The position numbers and the translations under genes were made by a program. Positions 9,493 to 17,948 of a DNA stretch of 64,000 bases are shown here, piece by piece. Position 1 is the first letter of the stretch, and each line of letters begins with the position of its first letter. The stretch lies in the IMG/VR virus record IMGVR_UViG_3300046779_002065, positions 32,001-96,000 of that record; one strand, given 5' to 3'. A model generated the notes under the pieces. The model was not told the origin of the DNA, searched no databases, and saw only the letters and a list, made by a program, of their open reading frames with translations. The stretch comes from a virus.

Positions 9493-11475
9493 ATGACAAC
9501 ACTACACAAACGACAATGGGTCATCGATTACGAGACCATCGTCAACTGTACTATTGTGTGTATTGAAGACTACGGTAGCAACGAACGTGGTGAATTTATT
9601 ATCAATCGTCACGTTAACCACATGCCGGAGCTTATCCAGTTCCTGGAGGAATGCGTTGCAAGCAACTCCTGGCATTTCGGTTTTAATAACATTCATTTTG
9701 ACGGACAGATTACACAGTTCATTTATCAGAACCGCCATTTGTTTCGCACCATGACGAATACAGATGACATCACTAACAAGATCTATGATTTTGCTCAAGA
9801 TGTCATTCAGAAATCTCGCAACAACGAACGTCCGGTCTACCCGGAATGGAAGCAGAACATCCGACAGCTTGATATTTTTAAGTTGAACCACTGGGACAAC
9901 AAAGCAAAGTCAGCGTCGCTTAAATGGATCCAGTATACGATGGACTGGAAGAATGTTGAGGAGATGCCGCACCCACATTATCAACCTGTCCTGGATGATG
10001 ATACCCTCTTTAAGCTGGTCGATTACTGTCGTAACGACGTAGCCAGCACCAAAGCAATCATCAACTACAAGGACAAGAAGGGTAAGTTCCCGATGAAGGA
10101 AGGGATCATGCTGCGTAAGGAGTTATCCGAGAAGTATGACCTCAATCTTTACAGTGCCAGCGAGCCGAAGATTTCCAAGGAAGTATTCTTGCATCTCTTA
10201 AGTGAGCAAACTCGTATTGACAAGCGCACACTTCGTGATTCCAGGACACACCGGACACATGTTCGTATTGCAGACGTTATACTGCCGTACGTCAAGTTCG
10301 AAACACCTGAGTTCCAAAAAATCCATGACTGGTTCAAAGAGCAAGTCGTAGAGATTGACGAGGAAGTGTCAGCAGATGAACGTGAAATTGCAGGTCCCAA
10401 GTTTGTCATGCACCATGCAGGTGTTAAGACGGTCTTTGGTCTGGGTGGTATTCACGGTTGCACGACCAGTGGTATCTACCGCAAGGGTAATGGTCGCATC
10501 ATTAAAAGTGCCGACGTTACCAGTTTCTATCCCAATCTTGCTATTCGTAACAAATGGTCTCCTGCTCATCTGAACAAGGAGATGTTCTGCAATCTGTACG
10601 AGTGGATGTTTGAGGAGCGCAAGAAATACGCAAAAGGAACCGCGCTGAATTATCTGTATAAAATTATCCTCAATGCTACCTATGGTCTAAGCAAGGAACG
10701 TAATTCGTTTCTCTATGACCCTGAACTTACGTTCAAAATTACCGTCAACGGTCAGCTTTTACTTGCCATGCTCTATGAGCAAGTGATGATTCAGATTCCA
10801 GATGCTATTCCGCTTATGCAGAATACAGACGGTCTGGAGTTTTCCATTCCTATGGAGTTTGAAGAAAAGTTCAACAATATCTGTAAGGACTGGGAAACCA
10901 TGACTAACCTGGAACTTGAGTTTGAAGAATACAAAAAGCTTATTATCGGTGACGTAAACAACTACATTGGTGAATTCATCAGTGGTAAAACCAAGTGCAA
11001 AGGTCGCTTCGAGTATGAAGATCTTGCTTTGCACAAAAACAAATCCTTTGCGGTTATCCCCAAGGCGATCTACGAATATTTTATCAACGGTGTTGATCCG
11101 GAAGAGTATCTGGAAAGCAACAACCACATCTTCGATTATTGCGGAGGTGTAAAGGTCAAAGGTGCATGGGAACTCCGTGCGCGTTACGTTATCAAAGGAG
11201 AATATAAGGATGAACCGCTGCAGAAAATGATGCGGTATTATATCTCTACCAAAGGTATGAAACTCTACAAAGTTCACCCTGACGGTCGTGCCATGCAGAT
11301 TGAATCTGGTAAATGGTTAACGACCGGGTTTAACAACGCGCAAGGACATGAGACCCGTTCTTTTGAATCCTTTGACATTGACAAAAGCTACTACCTGGAG
11401 AAAATCAAACAGGAGATAGCAAAGATCGAATCTTCTGATACGACAATTCAACCACTTCAATTCCAACTATTTTAA
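9493..11475 (+). CDS. Family B DNA polymerase with 3'-5' exonuclease
   Basis: ExoI IDYET, ExoII GFNNIHFD, ExoIII YCRNDV; polymerase motifs ADVTSFYP, KIILNATYG, QNTDG. Confidence 0.93.
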   Translation: MTTLHKRQWVIDYETIVNCTIVCIEDYGSNERGEFIINRHVNHMPELIQFLEECVASNSWHFGFNNIHFDGQITQFIYQNRHLFRTMTNTDDITNKIYDFAQDVIQKSRNNERPVYPEWKQNIRQLDIFKLNHWDNKAKSASLKWIQYTMDWKNVEEMPHPHYQPVLDDDTLFKLVDYCRNDVASTKAIINYKDKKGKFPMKEGIMLRKELSEKYDLNLYSASEPKISKEVFLHLLSEQTRIDKRTLRDSRTHRTHVRIADVILPYVKFETPEFQKIHDWFKEQVVEIDEEVSADEREIAGPKFVMHHAGVKTVFGLGGIHGCTTSGIYRKGNGRIIKSADVTSFYPNLAIRNKWSPAHLNKEMFCNLYEWMFEERKKYAKGTALNYLYKIILNATYGLSKERNSFLYDPELTFKITVNGQLLLAMLYEQVMIQIPDAIPLMQNTDGLEFSIPMEFEEKFNNICKDWETMTNLELEFEEYKKLIIGDVNNYIGEFISGKTKCKGRFEYEDLALHKNKSFAVIPKAIYEYFINGVDPEEYLESNNHIFDYCGGVKVKGAWELRARYVIKGEYKDEPLQKMMRYYISTKGMKLYKVHPDGRAMQIESGKWLTTGFNNAQGHETRSFESFDIDKSYYLEKIKQEIAKIESSDTTIQPLQFQLF

Positions 11476-11484
11476 TCGAAAATT

Positions 11485-12348
11485 ATGCAAAGAACATTGC
11501 AAGGTATAGAAGCCTACAACACTATGTTATCCGCTACCGTTCCTGAACGGACTAAAACATACACTCCTGTTGCACATCACCAGGTATTGGGTTTAGTGCG
11601 TCAGGAGCTTTACAAAGCTGGATTTACCATCCAAAGCGAAGAGTGTCGCAGTACCGTTAACGGTGCTGTGATAGCACTCAATTTCGGAATCACTTATAAA
11701 CTGGATCCAGACTTAATCTTGTCTGCAACCTTCATCAACTCCTATGACAAGTCAGCACGTTTCCAATTCTCATTGGGTGCACTGGTAAAACATGGGATGA
11801 CCAATCTGATCATCAGCAAAACAGACGAAGAGTCTTTGGTGCGCAAGCATACCGGTGATGCAGTAACCATTATTCATGACCACATTAAAGCCAGCATCAA
11901 GCAAGCTGGTGAGTACTGGGATGAACTCGTGCGTGTCAAAGACATCCTGAAAGATCACCGTCTTTCTACGCACGCCATGGAGCGCACGTTTGGTAAGCTC
12001 ATCATGAACGATGTCCTGGATTCTGTACAGATGACTCAATTGAGGAAAAGTTTAAAGAACCCAGCTGTAAGCTGGCATGTTGACTACGAGAATGCGTGGA
12101 ACTGGTACAATCATATCGCCAGCGCACTCAAGAACTCTCATCCTAACACCTGGTTGATAGATCACATTAAAGTCTATGAAATCTTTAATGAGTTGTTATA
12201 CCTGGGTAAAGTTGCAGGACCTCCTGCAATTTCGCTCACACCTAACCCGTCTGAAATGCCAGAAGACACAGAAGAAGAATTAGTCCCTGTTGATGAAGAA
12301 CCAGAATGGGACACATTAAGAGAACAAAACGATGACTACGACCTCTAG
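11485..12348 (+). CDS. DUF932/DUF945-like phage protein
   Basis: TYTPVAHHQV, INSYDKS, RKHTG, NAWNWYNHIASALK patterns. Confidence 0.55.
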   Translation: MQRTLQGIEAYNTMLSATVPERTKTYTPVAHHQVLGLVRQELYKAGFTIQSEECRSTVNGAVIALNFGITYKLDPDLILSATFINSYDKSARFQFSLGALVKHGMTNLIISKTDEESLVRKHTGDAVTIIHDHIKASIKQAGEYWDELVRVKDILKDHRLSTHAMERTFGKLIMNDVLDSVQMTQLRKSLKNPAVSWHVDYENAWNWYNHIASALKNSHPNTWLIDHIKVYEIFNELLYLGKVAGPPAISLTPNPSEMPEDTEEELVPVDEEPEWDTLREQNDDYDL

Positions 12349-12976
12349 AAAACCAACCATTATAGCATTCTCTGGAAAGATGGGTGCTGGTAAAGACACT
12401 GCCGCAGAACTATTTCTGCTGGCGGTTGTAAACAAACACTTAAGGGAAGTATCCAGCGAAGAGCTGGATGTTTCTCTTCGTGGTAAAGTATCAAGCGCAA
12501 AATGGAGCATTAAAAAATACGCCTACAAGCTGAAACAAATTGCTTCTATTTTGTGTGGTGCAGACATGCACGACCTGGAAGACCAGGAGTTTAAGAAACG
12601 CAAGATGGGTAAGGAATGGGACTTCATGACGTACCGGGAGTTTCTTCAACGACTGGGTACCGAAGCAATCCGTACAGGTATTCACCCGGACGCCTGGGTA
12701 AATGCGTTGTTTGCTGACTTTCATTCAACGATGTCTCACTGGTTGATCACAGACTGCCGTTTTGATAATGAAGCGAATGCTGTGATGCGTCATGGAGGAA
12801 TTGTTGTTCGTATCGAGAATCCTCGTCTTCTTGTCCAGGAGGATCCACATCCAAGTGAAACCGCATTGGACGACTTTCCTTTTCACTATACTATCGTCAA
12901 TGACGGTACCATGGAAGAGTTCTATGAGAAAGTCCAAGAGATGATAGCATTCTATCAGCTAGACAACGTGTTATGA
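12332..12976 (+). CDS. Deoxynucleoside monophosphate kinase
   Basis: FSGKMGAGKDT, REFLQRLGTE, ITDCRFDNE, HPSETALD (T4 gp1-like). Confidence 0.9.
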   Translation: MTTTSRKPTIIAFSGKMGAGKDTAAELFLLAVVNKHLREVSSEELDVSLRGKVSSAKWSIKKYAYKLKQIASILCGADMHDLEDQEFKKRKMGKEWDFMTYREFLQRLGTEAIRTGIHPDAWVNALFADFHSTMSHWLITDCRFDNEANAVMRHGGIVVRIENPRLLVQEDPHPSETALDDFPFHYTIVNDGTMEEFYEKVQEMIAFYQLDNVL

Positions 12977-13221
12977 GTACTGGAAACTCACATGATTATG
13001 CTCCAGCGTTTTCTAAACCTACTTTTCAAGATCAATATGGATACAGAGAACAGGGTTGCGATGGTATGTATCAGCTAACGTATTTTGCTACCCATGCCAT
13101 GCAGGGACTTGCAGCAAACCCAGAATGTCAGAATATGTCCAACGAGGAGATTGCCGCTACAGCAGTCGACATGGCAAAAGAACTAAGTAAAGCACTAGAC
13201 AGCCATTACAAAAAATTATGA
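12973..13221 (+). CDS. Small phage protein
   Basis: YFATHAMQGLAAN...AVDMAKEL motif seen in many small phage proteins; ATGA overlap with neighbours. Confidence 0.65.
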   Translation: MSTGNSHDYAPAFSKPTFQDQYGYREQGCDGMYQLTYFATHAMQGLAANPECQNMSNEEIAATAVDMAKELSKALDSHYKKL

Positions 13222-13484
13222 GTAAAGAAGAACACGAAAGTTATTTAAAGAATAAAGCACTGGCAGCACATGAATATGCTGTACAGTTAGCTAGACTGCA
13301 GGATGCGTTTTTAGACCAGGTCAGAAACGACATTGACGATGCAGATTTGACTGCGCTGGACGAGCTGTTTTACAACATGCTCAAGATTCCAGGTGCTATA
13401 CCAATCCTTATTGGGTATTTACCAGAAGGAGCACAAGAACCATTTCTAGAACTGATTGCTTCAGAACCCGAAGTAGAGTTATAA
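13218..13484 (+). CDS. Hypothetical protein
   Basis: 88-aa ORF, translationally coupled, ends at a terminator. Confidence 0.65.
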   Translation: MSKEEHESYLKNKALAAHEYAVQLARLQDAFLDQVRNDIDDADLTALDELFYNMLKIPGAIPILIGYLPEGAQEPFLELIASEPEVEL

Positions 13485-13520
13485 AAGAAAACCCCGGGAT
13501 TACTCTCGGGGTTTCATTTT
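13485..13520. terminator. Bidirectional intrinsic terminator where the replication and late modules converge
   Basis: aaaccccggga-ttac-tctcggggttt with an A-tract on the left and T-rich sequence on the right. Confidence 0.85.
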
Positions 13521-13538
13521 AAGTAAGGAAGTATGTGC

Positions 13539-14108
13539 TTAGATGATACGGAAAGCTTTTAATAGTTTAAACAGGGTGTATCCAATCCAGATAGCGATTA
13601 GCAAGTAGAACTTCCAGTTTGCAACAGCTAAGTCATGCTGCACTTCCCGGATTTTCAGGTCTCTTTCTTTAACCACTTGCTTAAGTGAATCAGAATATTG
13701 TTTCCATGTGGTAATTTCTTTATCCAATATAATTTCAAGACGTTTGTCGCGCACCACTGCTTCGGTTTTGATGTACACCCTTTCGCCTTTGACTTGCGGA
13801 CAATCCACAGAAAGGATCCCCTGGCGGATCTTGACTTTCGTCCCATTGGGAAGGATAGTATCAAAATATAGAATGGCAGCAAGACTGCGGCTATAGACAG
13901 TGTCATAGATAAAGGAAGGAGAATCCACGAGGAATTCTTCCACCAAAGTGTCGTAGACAATGACAGTATCGTTGATGCAGTATCCACGTTTTACAACACT
14001 ATCAGCTACCTCCTGGAAGTAGCGTGGGTTCTTGAGAACTCTTTGGACCGGGGAACATGCTGACAAGATTAACAGGACCAGCACACATAATCGAGCGAGT
14101 GTTTTCAT
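13539..14108 (-). CDS. Putative unimolecular spanin
   Basis: N-terminal lipobox LLILSA|C, coiled-coil region, C-terminal TM segment FYLLIAIWIGYTLF; last gene of the lysis cassette. Confidence 0.6.
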   Translation of the reverse strand: MKTLARLCVLVLLILSACSPVQRVLKNPRYFQEVADSVVKRGYCINDTVIVYDTLVEEFLVDSPSFIYDTVYSRSLAAILYFDTILPNGTKVKIRQGILSVDCPQVKGERVYIKTEAVVRDKRLEIILDKEITTWKQYSDSLKQVVKERDLKIREVQHDLAVANWKFYLLIAIWIGYTLFKLLKAFRII

Positions 14109-14110
14109 AA

Positions 14111-14470
14111 TTATTTAATCTCGCTTTGGATTACCTGGACAGGTGCTGTTATTTTCATAGACAGACCTGCTTCCCAACGTTTAACTTCTACACCATTCTT
14201 AAAGTAGATAATGCACGGAACCTGGTTGACGTTGAATTTCTTCTGTACAGCAGGTGCCTGATCGATCATTACTTTTTGAATATTGCAGTTAGTGAGTTTG
14301 TCAACAGCTGCATAGTGATTCTGAGCGTTCCAGGTAGCGTTAAAATACACTACCACATTCTGAGCGGCACGAACGTTCACGTTCCCGCCTGGTTGCTTTA
14401 CCGGTGCAGATTCGACTCCGATAATGAGTCCTGCTATCAGTGTCAGCGTGGATAATAGTATGGTTTTCAT
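14111..14470 (-). CDS. Exported thioredoxin-fold protein lacking CxxC
   Basis: Signal peptide MKTILLSTLTLIAGLIIG; VVVYFNATWN where thioredoxins have FxAxWCxxC; FNVNQVPCIIYFKNG cis-Pro strand. Confidence 0.7.
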   Translation of the reverse strand: MKTILLSTLTLIAGLIIGVESAPVKQPGGNVNVRAAQNVVVYFNATWNAQNHYAAVDKLTNCNIQKVMIDQAPAVQKKFNVNQVPCIIYFKNGVEVKRWEAGLSMKITAPVQVIQSEIK

Positions 14471-14476
14471 GAGTGT

Positions 14477-14791
14477 TTATTTTCCTTCAAGGCGTTTGAT
14501 GCGCTCATCGGTTAACTTCATGTAGTTGAGGATCTCGCTGCGAGTCATCTCATCCTTCATGTTATATTCCTGACGGGTTGGAGGGTAGGTTTCCTTTGCT
14601 GCAGGATCTCCAGGATCTACCATGTAAATCCCTTTACCAATAGCTGGTAGAGATTTTGCTGCCTCAATCTCATTGACCAAATAATAATGGTATCCAATTG
14701 CAGAAGCAATGATTGCAGCGATTGCTGCCAACACCTTGGGAGTCAACGAGAACTCTGTTTCTTCTCCGAGTTTAATTTTACGAGGTGCCAT
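14477..14791 (-). CDS. Single-pass membrane protein
   Basis: Hydrophobic VLAAIAAIIASAIGY segment; lies in the lysis cassette. Confidence 0.65.
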   Translation of the reverse strand: MAPRKIKLGEETEFSLTPKVLAAIAAIIASAIGYHYYLVNEIEAAKSLPAIGKGIYMVDPGDPAAKETYPPTRQEYNMKDEMTRSEILNYMKLTDERIKRLEGK

Positions 14792-15378
14792 TATTTGATG
14801 TCTTGAGATTGAATTAGGGTGTACGTAAAGGAGTTACCATGCAGAGCAGCTGCTTTCTTAACTATTGCCATGAATGCAGCAAAGTCTTTAGCACGTTTGA
14901 ATACCTGACAGCCTTCGCTCCAGTTTTCCACGTACGTAGAGTCTGTACCTGCCATGTGGATGTTTACACCACACAAAGAACATTCAGTGATTTTAATTTT
15001 GTCAAACTCCATGTCACGGTCACCGTCCCGGTAAAGTTTAAGATTACCCTTCTGGGTCAACGCTTCATACTTTCCCTGGTGTAGACCGATGTGGTGAGAA
15101 CCAGGGTACTGTCCAGGAACGATGAATGCAACGCCACCTACGGCTTTACCTTCCAACATCCCTTTCTTACCTGGTTCAGTGGTACAAGACCACTCAAAGT
15201 ATTTCCATACTCCGTTCTCCTTGTAACTGATAGTGATGACATCATCAAAAAGATTGGTCACTTTACTACCAGTAGAACTGTTTCGAACCCCGATGATGTT
15301 GACATTGAAGTCACCATTGTCGAAATACTTATAACCTTTTGCTTTTACAGCAGCTTCTATTTTTTCACGAGTAAACAT
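14791..15378 (-). CDS. Putative endolysin with YkuD/L,D-transpeptidase-like His...Cys motif
   Basis: GVNIHMAG...NWSEGCQVF resembles the YkuD H-x(14-17)-SxGC motif; adjacent to a holin-like gene. Confidence 0.65.
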   Translation of the reverse strand: MFTREKIEAAVKAKGYKYFDNGDFNVNIIGVRNSSTGSKVTNLFDDVITISYKENGVWKYFEWSCTTEPGKKGMLEGKAVGGVAFIVPGQYPGSHHIGLHQGKYEALTQKGNLKLYRDGDRDMEFDKIKITECSLCGVNIHMAGTDSTYVENWSEGCQVFKRAKDFAAFMAIVKKAAALHGNSFTYTLIQSQDIK

Positions 15379-15665
15379 TATTGACTAACCTCCTCATCTT
15401 TTTTCTTAATCAATTGCTTGAATGAGAATTTGTCTGCAGTGTCACCGGCAATCGATGCAACCACAATACTGACCACACCCCAGATCATTGCTTCAGCAGG
15501 CTGAAACTCCTTTGGGTGGGTAGTGTTAATAACCAACGTAACACCTAGGGTGATACTTAAAACAAATGCAATCACCGGTTTGATAGAGATCTGACCTCTC
15601 TCATCCTTGAGCATTTCCATGATAACTTTTGAGACTTTCATAAGTAGGATTTTTATCTTTTTCAT
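15378..15665 (-). CDS. Putative holin
   Basis: 95 aa, two hydrophobic segments, charged C-terminus, directly upstream of the endolysin. Confidence 0.6.
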   Translation of the reverse strand: MKKIKILLMKVSKVIMEMLKDERGQISIKPVIAFVLSITLGVTLVINTTHPKEFQPAEAMIWGVVSIVVASIAGDTADKFSFKQLIKKKDEEVSQ

Positions 15666-15686
15666 AGGTGTTGGTTTTTCTATGGG

Positions 15687-16022
15687 TTAAGCGTCCTTTG
15701 GTTCCAGGTCGAAACTGATTTCGTCTTCTTTCTTAAACGGTCCTATTCGCATCCATACAGGGAGCACTGCTTTACCCTGGGTGACGGCATCTGTTATCTG
15801 GTCTACTACTGTACCCATCTTTTGTTCTTTAAGAATCTCGATATCTTTTTCCAACATCTCGATCCGGGTGCGGTCTGCGCTTTGCTGGATCAGTAATGTT
15901 TTCACATCAGATTTGAGTTCAGTGAGGTCGCTATATAATAGCGTTCCTACAATAGCAATCAGCACAGGAGAAGCCCATTCTTTAACAGCTGAAATGATGT
16001 CGTTTTTAGGTGCAGTGGTCAT
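15687..16022 (-). CDS. Membrane-anchored coiled-coil protein (holin/antiholin-like)
   Basis: One TM segment SPVLIAIVGTLLY followed by heptads LTELKSDVKTLL...RIEMLEKDIEILKE. Confidence 0.55.
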   Translation of the reverse strand: MTTAPKNDIISAVKEWASPVLIAIVGTLLYSDLTELKSDVKTLLIQQSADRTRIEMLEKDIEILKEQKMGTVVDQITDAVTQGKAVLPVWMRIGPFKKEDEISFDLEPKDA

Positions 16023-16078
16023 TTAAGAGAGTAGTGATATTAGATGATAAATAAGAAGTTATGTATAGCAGGACGCTA

Positions 16079-16091
16079 TATATATAATATA
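16079..16091 (-). promoter_or_regulatory. Putative late promoter motif TATATTATATATA (copy 1)
   Basis: Exact 13-mer also at 17930-17942 and 25842-25854, each in an intergenic gap upstream of a minus-strand gene. Confidence 0.6.
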
Positions 16092-16125
16092 CAAAGAAAT
16101 CCCGAAGTTCTACAATTTTGTTCTA

Positions 16126-16133
16126 TATCTTTG
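16126..16133 (+). promoter_or_regulatory. Bacteroidota -7 box for the DnaA-like island
   Basis: TATCTTTG matches TAnnTTTG, 36 nt upstream of ATG 16170. Confidence 0.6.
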
Positions 16134-16169
16134 TAGACCCATTACGTTTTACCTTTTCCTTTTACCTTA

Positions 16170-16670
16170 ATGAATACAAATGAAATTACCATCCCGGTGA
16201 CGTCTGTACGTACGCCGCAGCGATTCTCTCAATGGTTTACCACCGTTTATGAGCAGCTCTTTAAAAGCAGTGTCGAAATAAAAGATATTGGAGATATCAC
16301 CAAGTATCGAAACGGCAAGATGGTCGAGCAAATCGACCGACTTATCTGCGAGCAAATTCCAGCAACCAAAGAGATCAAAGAAATCTGGTTAAAAGCTGGT
16401 AAAAAATCAATTTTTGTCAACTCCCGCAAGCGTGAACTCAGTGATGGACGCAAACTTGCGGCGGTACTTCTCAGAGAAAAGAAGTACACCCTGGTGTCTA
16501 TAGGTATGATTATGGGTAAGGATCATTCTACCATCATTCATAGTTTAGAAAGTGCGGAGAATCTCATGGACACAGACGCTTCGTTCCGTCGCATGTACAA
16601 CAATGTAAAGTTTGCCTTGAATTATGAAGAAGTTATTCGACCATCTGATCAAGCTACGGTTAACCCCTAA
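16170..16670 (+). CDS. Protein with a DnaA C-terminal (domain IV, Bac_DnaA_C) HTH domain
   Basis: SRKRELSDGRKLAAVLLRE...TLVSIGMIMGKDHSTIIHS matches the DnaA signature (R...IG..FG.RDHTTV.H); no AAA+ domain. Confidence 0.85.
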   Translation: MNTNEITIPVTSVRTPQRFSQWFTTVYEQLFKSSVEIKDIGDITKYRNGKMVEQIDRLICEQIPATKEIKEIWLKAGKKSIFVNSRKRELSDGRKLAAVLLREKKYTLVSIGMIMGKDHSTIIHSLESAENLMDTDASFRRMYNNVKFALNYEEVIRPSDQATVNP

Positions 16671-17220
16671 TCAACTCTTTGTGCTGGACAGCATCGAGCA
16701 GCAACTGGATTACGGTTCTTTTATCCCTAACCTCAAGATAGAACTGGTGCGCCTTCAGGATAAAGCACTCCTGGACAATGCACTCAATCTGACTCCTGTG
16801 GGAAAGAAACTTCTCCAGGAGTGCAAGGATTTAGAGAGTCCTAAAAAGAAGAAAACTGCAGACCACGGTGACTGGACCTCCCTGATTGAGCAATACCGCC
16901 AGATCTTTCCTGCCGGTCACGGTAGTGGTAAAGCGTTTCGTTCACCTGTCCGGGAACTGCTTCCCCGTTTTGAATGGTTCTTTGCGAACTATGAGTTTAG
17001 CTGGGAAGTAGTCCTGGAAGCAACAAGAAGATACGTAGAGAGTCGTAAGGATGATTTGACGTACATGAGAACCAGTGCATACTTTATCCGCAAACAGGAT
17101 TCTTCCAAAGTAGACATCAGTGACCTGGGACATTGGTGCGAGCTGATACAGCAGGAACTGGATCATCCAGACAGTGTCAAACCAAACATGGATTACACCG
17201 GACTGTACAAGGTCGTCTAA
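16624..17220 (+). CDS. Putative winged-helix DNA-binding or replication-initiator-like protein
   Basis: N-terminal LTPNQLFVL...LTPVGKKLL wHTH-like pattern; C-terminal EVVLEATRRYV...YMRTSAYFI resembles phage replisome-organiser domains. Confidence 0.5.
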   Translation: MKKLFDHLIKLRLTPNQLFVLDSIEQQLDYGSFIPNLKIELVRLQDKALLDNALNLTPVGKKLLQECKDLESPKKKKTADHGDWTSLIEQYRQIFPAGHGSGKAFRSPVRELLPRFEWFFANYEFSWEVVLEATRRYVESRKDDLTYMRTSAYFIRKQDSSKVDISDLGHWCELIQQELDHPDSVKPNMDYTGLYKVV

Positions 17221-17253
17221 GAATGTCTAAAAAAATGTCTAAGTAATGACTAA
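17215..17253. repeat. Four phased (aat)G[T/A]CTAA direct repeats
   Basis: gtctaa at 17215, 17225 and 17237, gactaa at 17248; spacing 10, 12 and 11 bp. Confidence 0.65.
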
Positions 17254-17254
17254 G

Positions 17255-17283
17255 AAACCCCGCCTAGACAAGCGGGGTTTTTT
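17255..17283. terminator. Intrinsic terminator, probably bidirectional
   Basis: aaaccccgc-ctagacaa-gcggggttttt. Confidence 0.85.
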
Positions 17284-17323
17284 CTCTTATGATTCTATAC
17301 CGGGGTTACTAACGATCCCCGGA

Positions 17324-17354
17324 CAAAGATATAGTTCTACAATTACTCTACAAA
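17324..17354 (-). promoter_or_regulatory. Consensus Bacteroidota promoter with no ORF downstream
   Basis: Minus strand: TTTG (17354-17351), N19, TATCTTTG (17331-17324). Confidence 0.55.
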
Positions 17355-17382
17355 AAAAGTCCCTGCATTTCTGCAAGGACTT
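17352..17382 (-). terminator. Intrinsic terminator of the tail operon
   Basis: Minus strand aagtccttgca-GAAA-tgcagggact-tttttt; GNRA loop. Confidence 0.85.
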
Positions 17383-17412
17383 CCCAAAATAACAAGTAAC
17401 AGATAGAGTAGG

Positions 17413-17904
17413 TTAATGAGTAGTTGGTTCAGTTTCGGTAATCGTCAAGAGCTTAAAGAATACAGCGTAATTGTCGGTTGTTTCTAAAGAGGCAATGTCG
17501 TCAAAATTAAAACTAGGATGTTCGATTTCTTTAGTTGTTTCTAATAACTCAGAATACTCTTTGTTAAAATCAGCAAACTTCGGATTAGCTACAAATACAG
17601 GAGATCCATCAGGATTTATTTTTTCAGTCTTAATACGCATCGGAATGCTCCAAGATTGTTCTTCTTTGTTTTCTTCTCCGTACTTTTTTACAAGTTCATC
17701 TCTGAGAGAGTCAATCGTTTTCTTTTCAGATGTAACAGTTTCGCCTAGACGAGTCACCCAGTACTTCGTTTTGATTGGTAACTTCTGGTTGAGTAAACCA
17801 GTAATTGTTACTTCACCTTTTCGTTGACTGCGTAGTCCAAAGATCTCAGCTTCGAGTTCCATGATTTCAGCTAATGACAAGGTAATTTTTTTCAATGCAG
17901 ACAT
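17413..17904 (-). CDS. DUF1617-like phage protein
   Basis: KLPIKTKYWVTRL...LRDELVKKYG...FNKEYSELLE pattern of helical proteins found after tail-fibre genes. Confidence 0.55.
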   Translation of the reverse strand: MSALKKITLSLAEIMELEAEIFGLRSQRKGEVTITGLLNQKLPIKTKYWVTRLGETVTSEKKTIDSLRDELVKKYGEENKEEQSWSIPMRIKTEKINPDGSPVFVANPKFADFNKEYSELLETTKEIEHPSFNFDDIASLETTDNYAVFFKLLTITETEPTTH

Positions 17905-17929
17905 AGGGTTGTTGGTTTCGTATTACAAA

Positions 17930-17942
17930 TATATATAATATA
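17930..17942 (-). promoter_or_regulatory. Putative late promoter motif (copy 2), overlapping a TAnnTTTG box at 17933-17926
   Basis: Exact TATATTATATATA on the minus strand, 25 nt upstream of ATG 17904. Confidence 0.6.
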
Positions 17943-17948
17943 TTTCAA

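Noticed and set aside
17215-17253. Mini CRISPR array
   Set aside because: Units are 6-9 bp with no spacers, far too short, and there are no cas genes. The 7354-8406 nuclease sits in a recombination context
16023-17412. tRNA genes in intergenic gaps
   Set aside because: No cloverleaf or T-loop GTTCRA context was found; the hairpins fit terminators or the sRNA candidate
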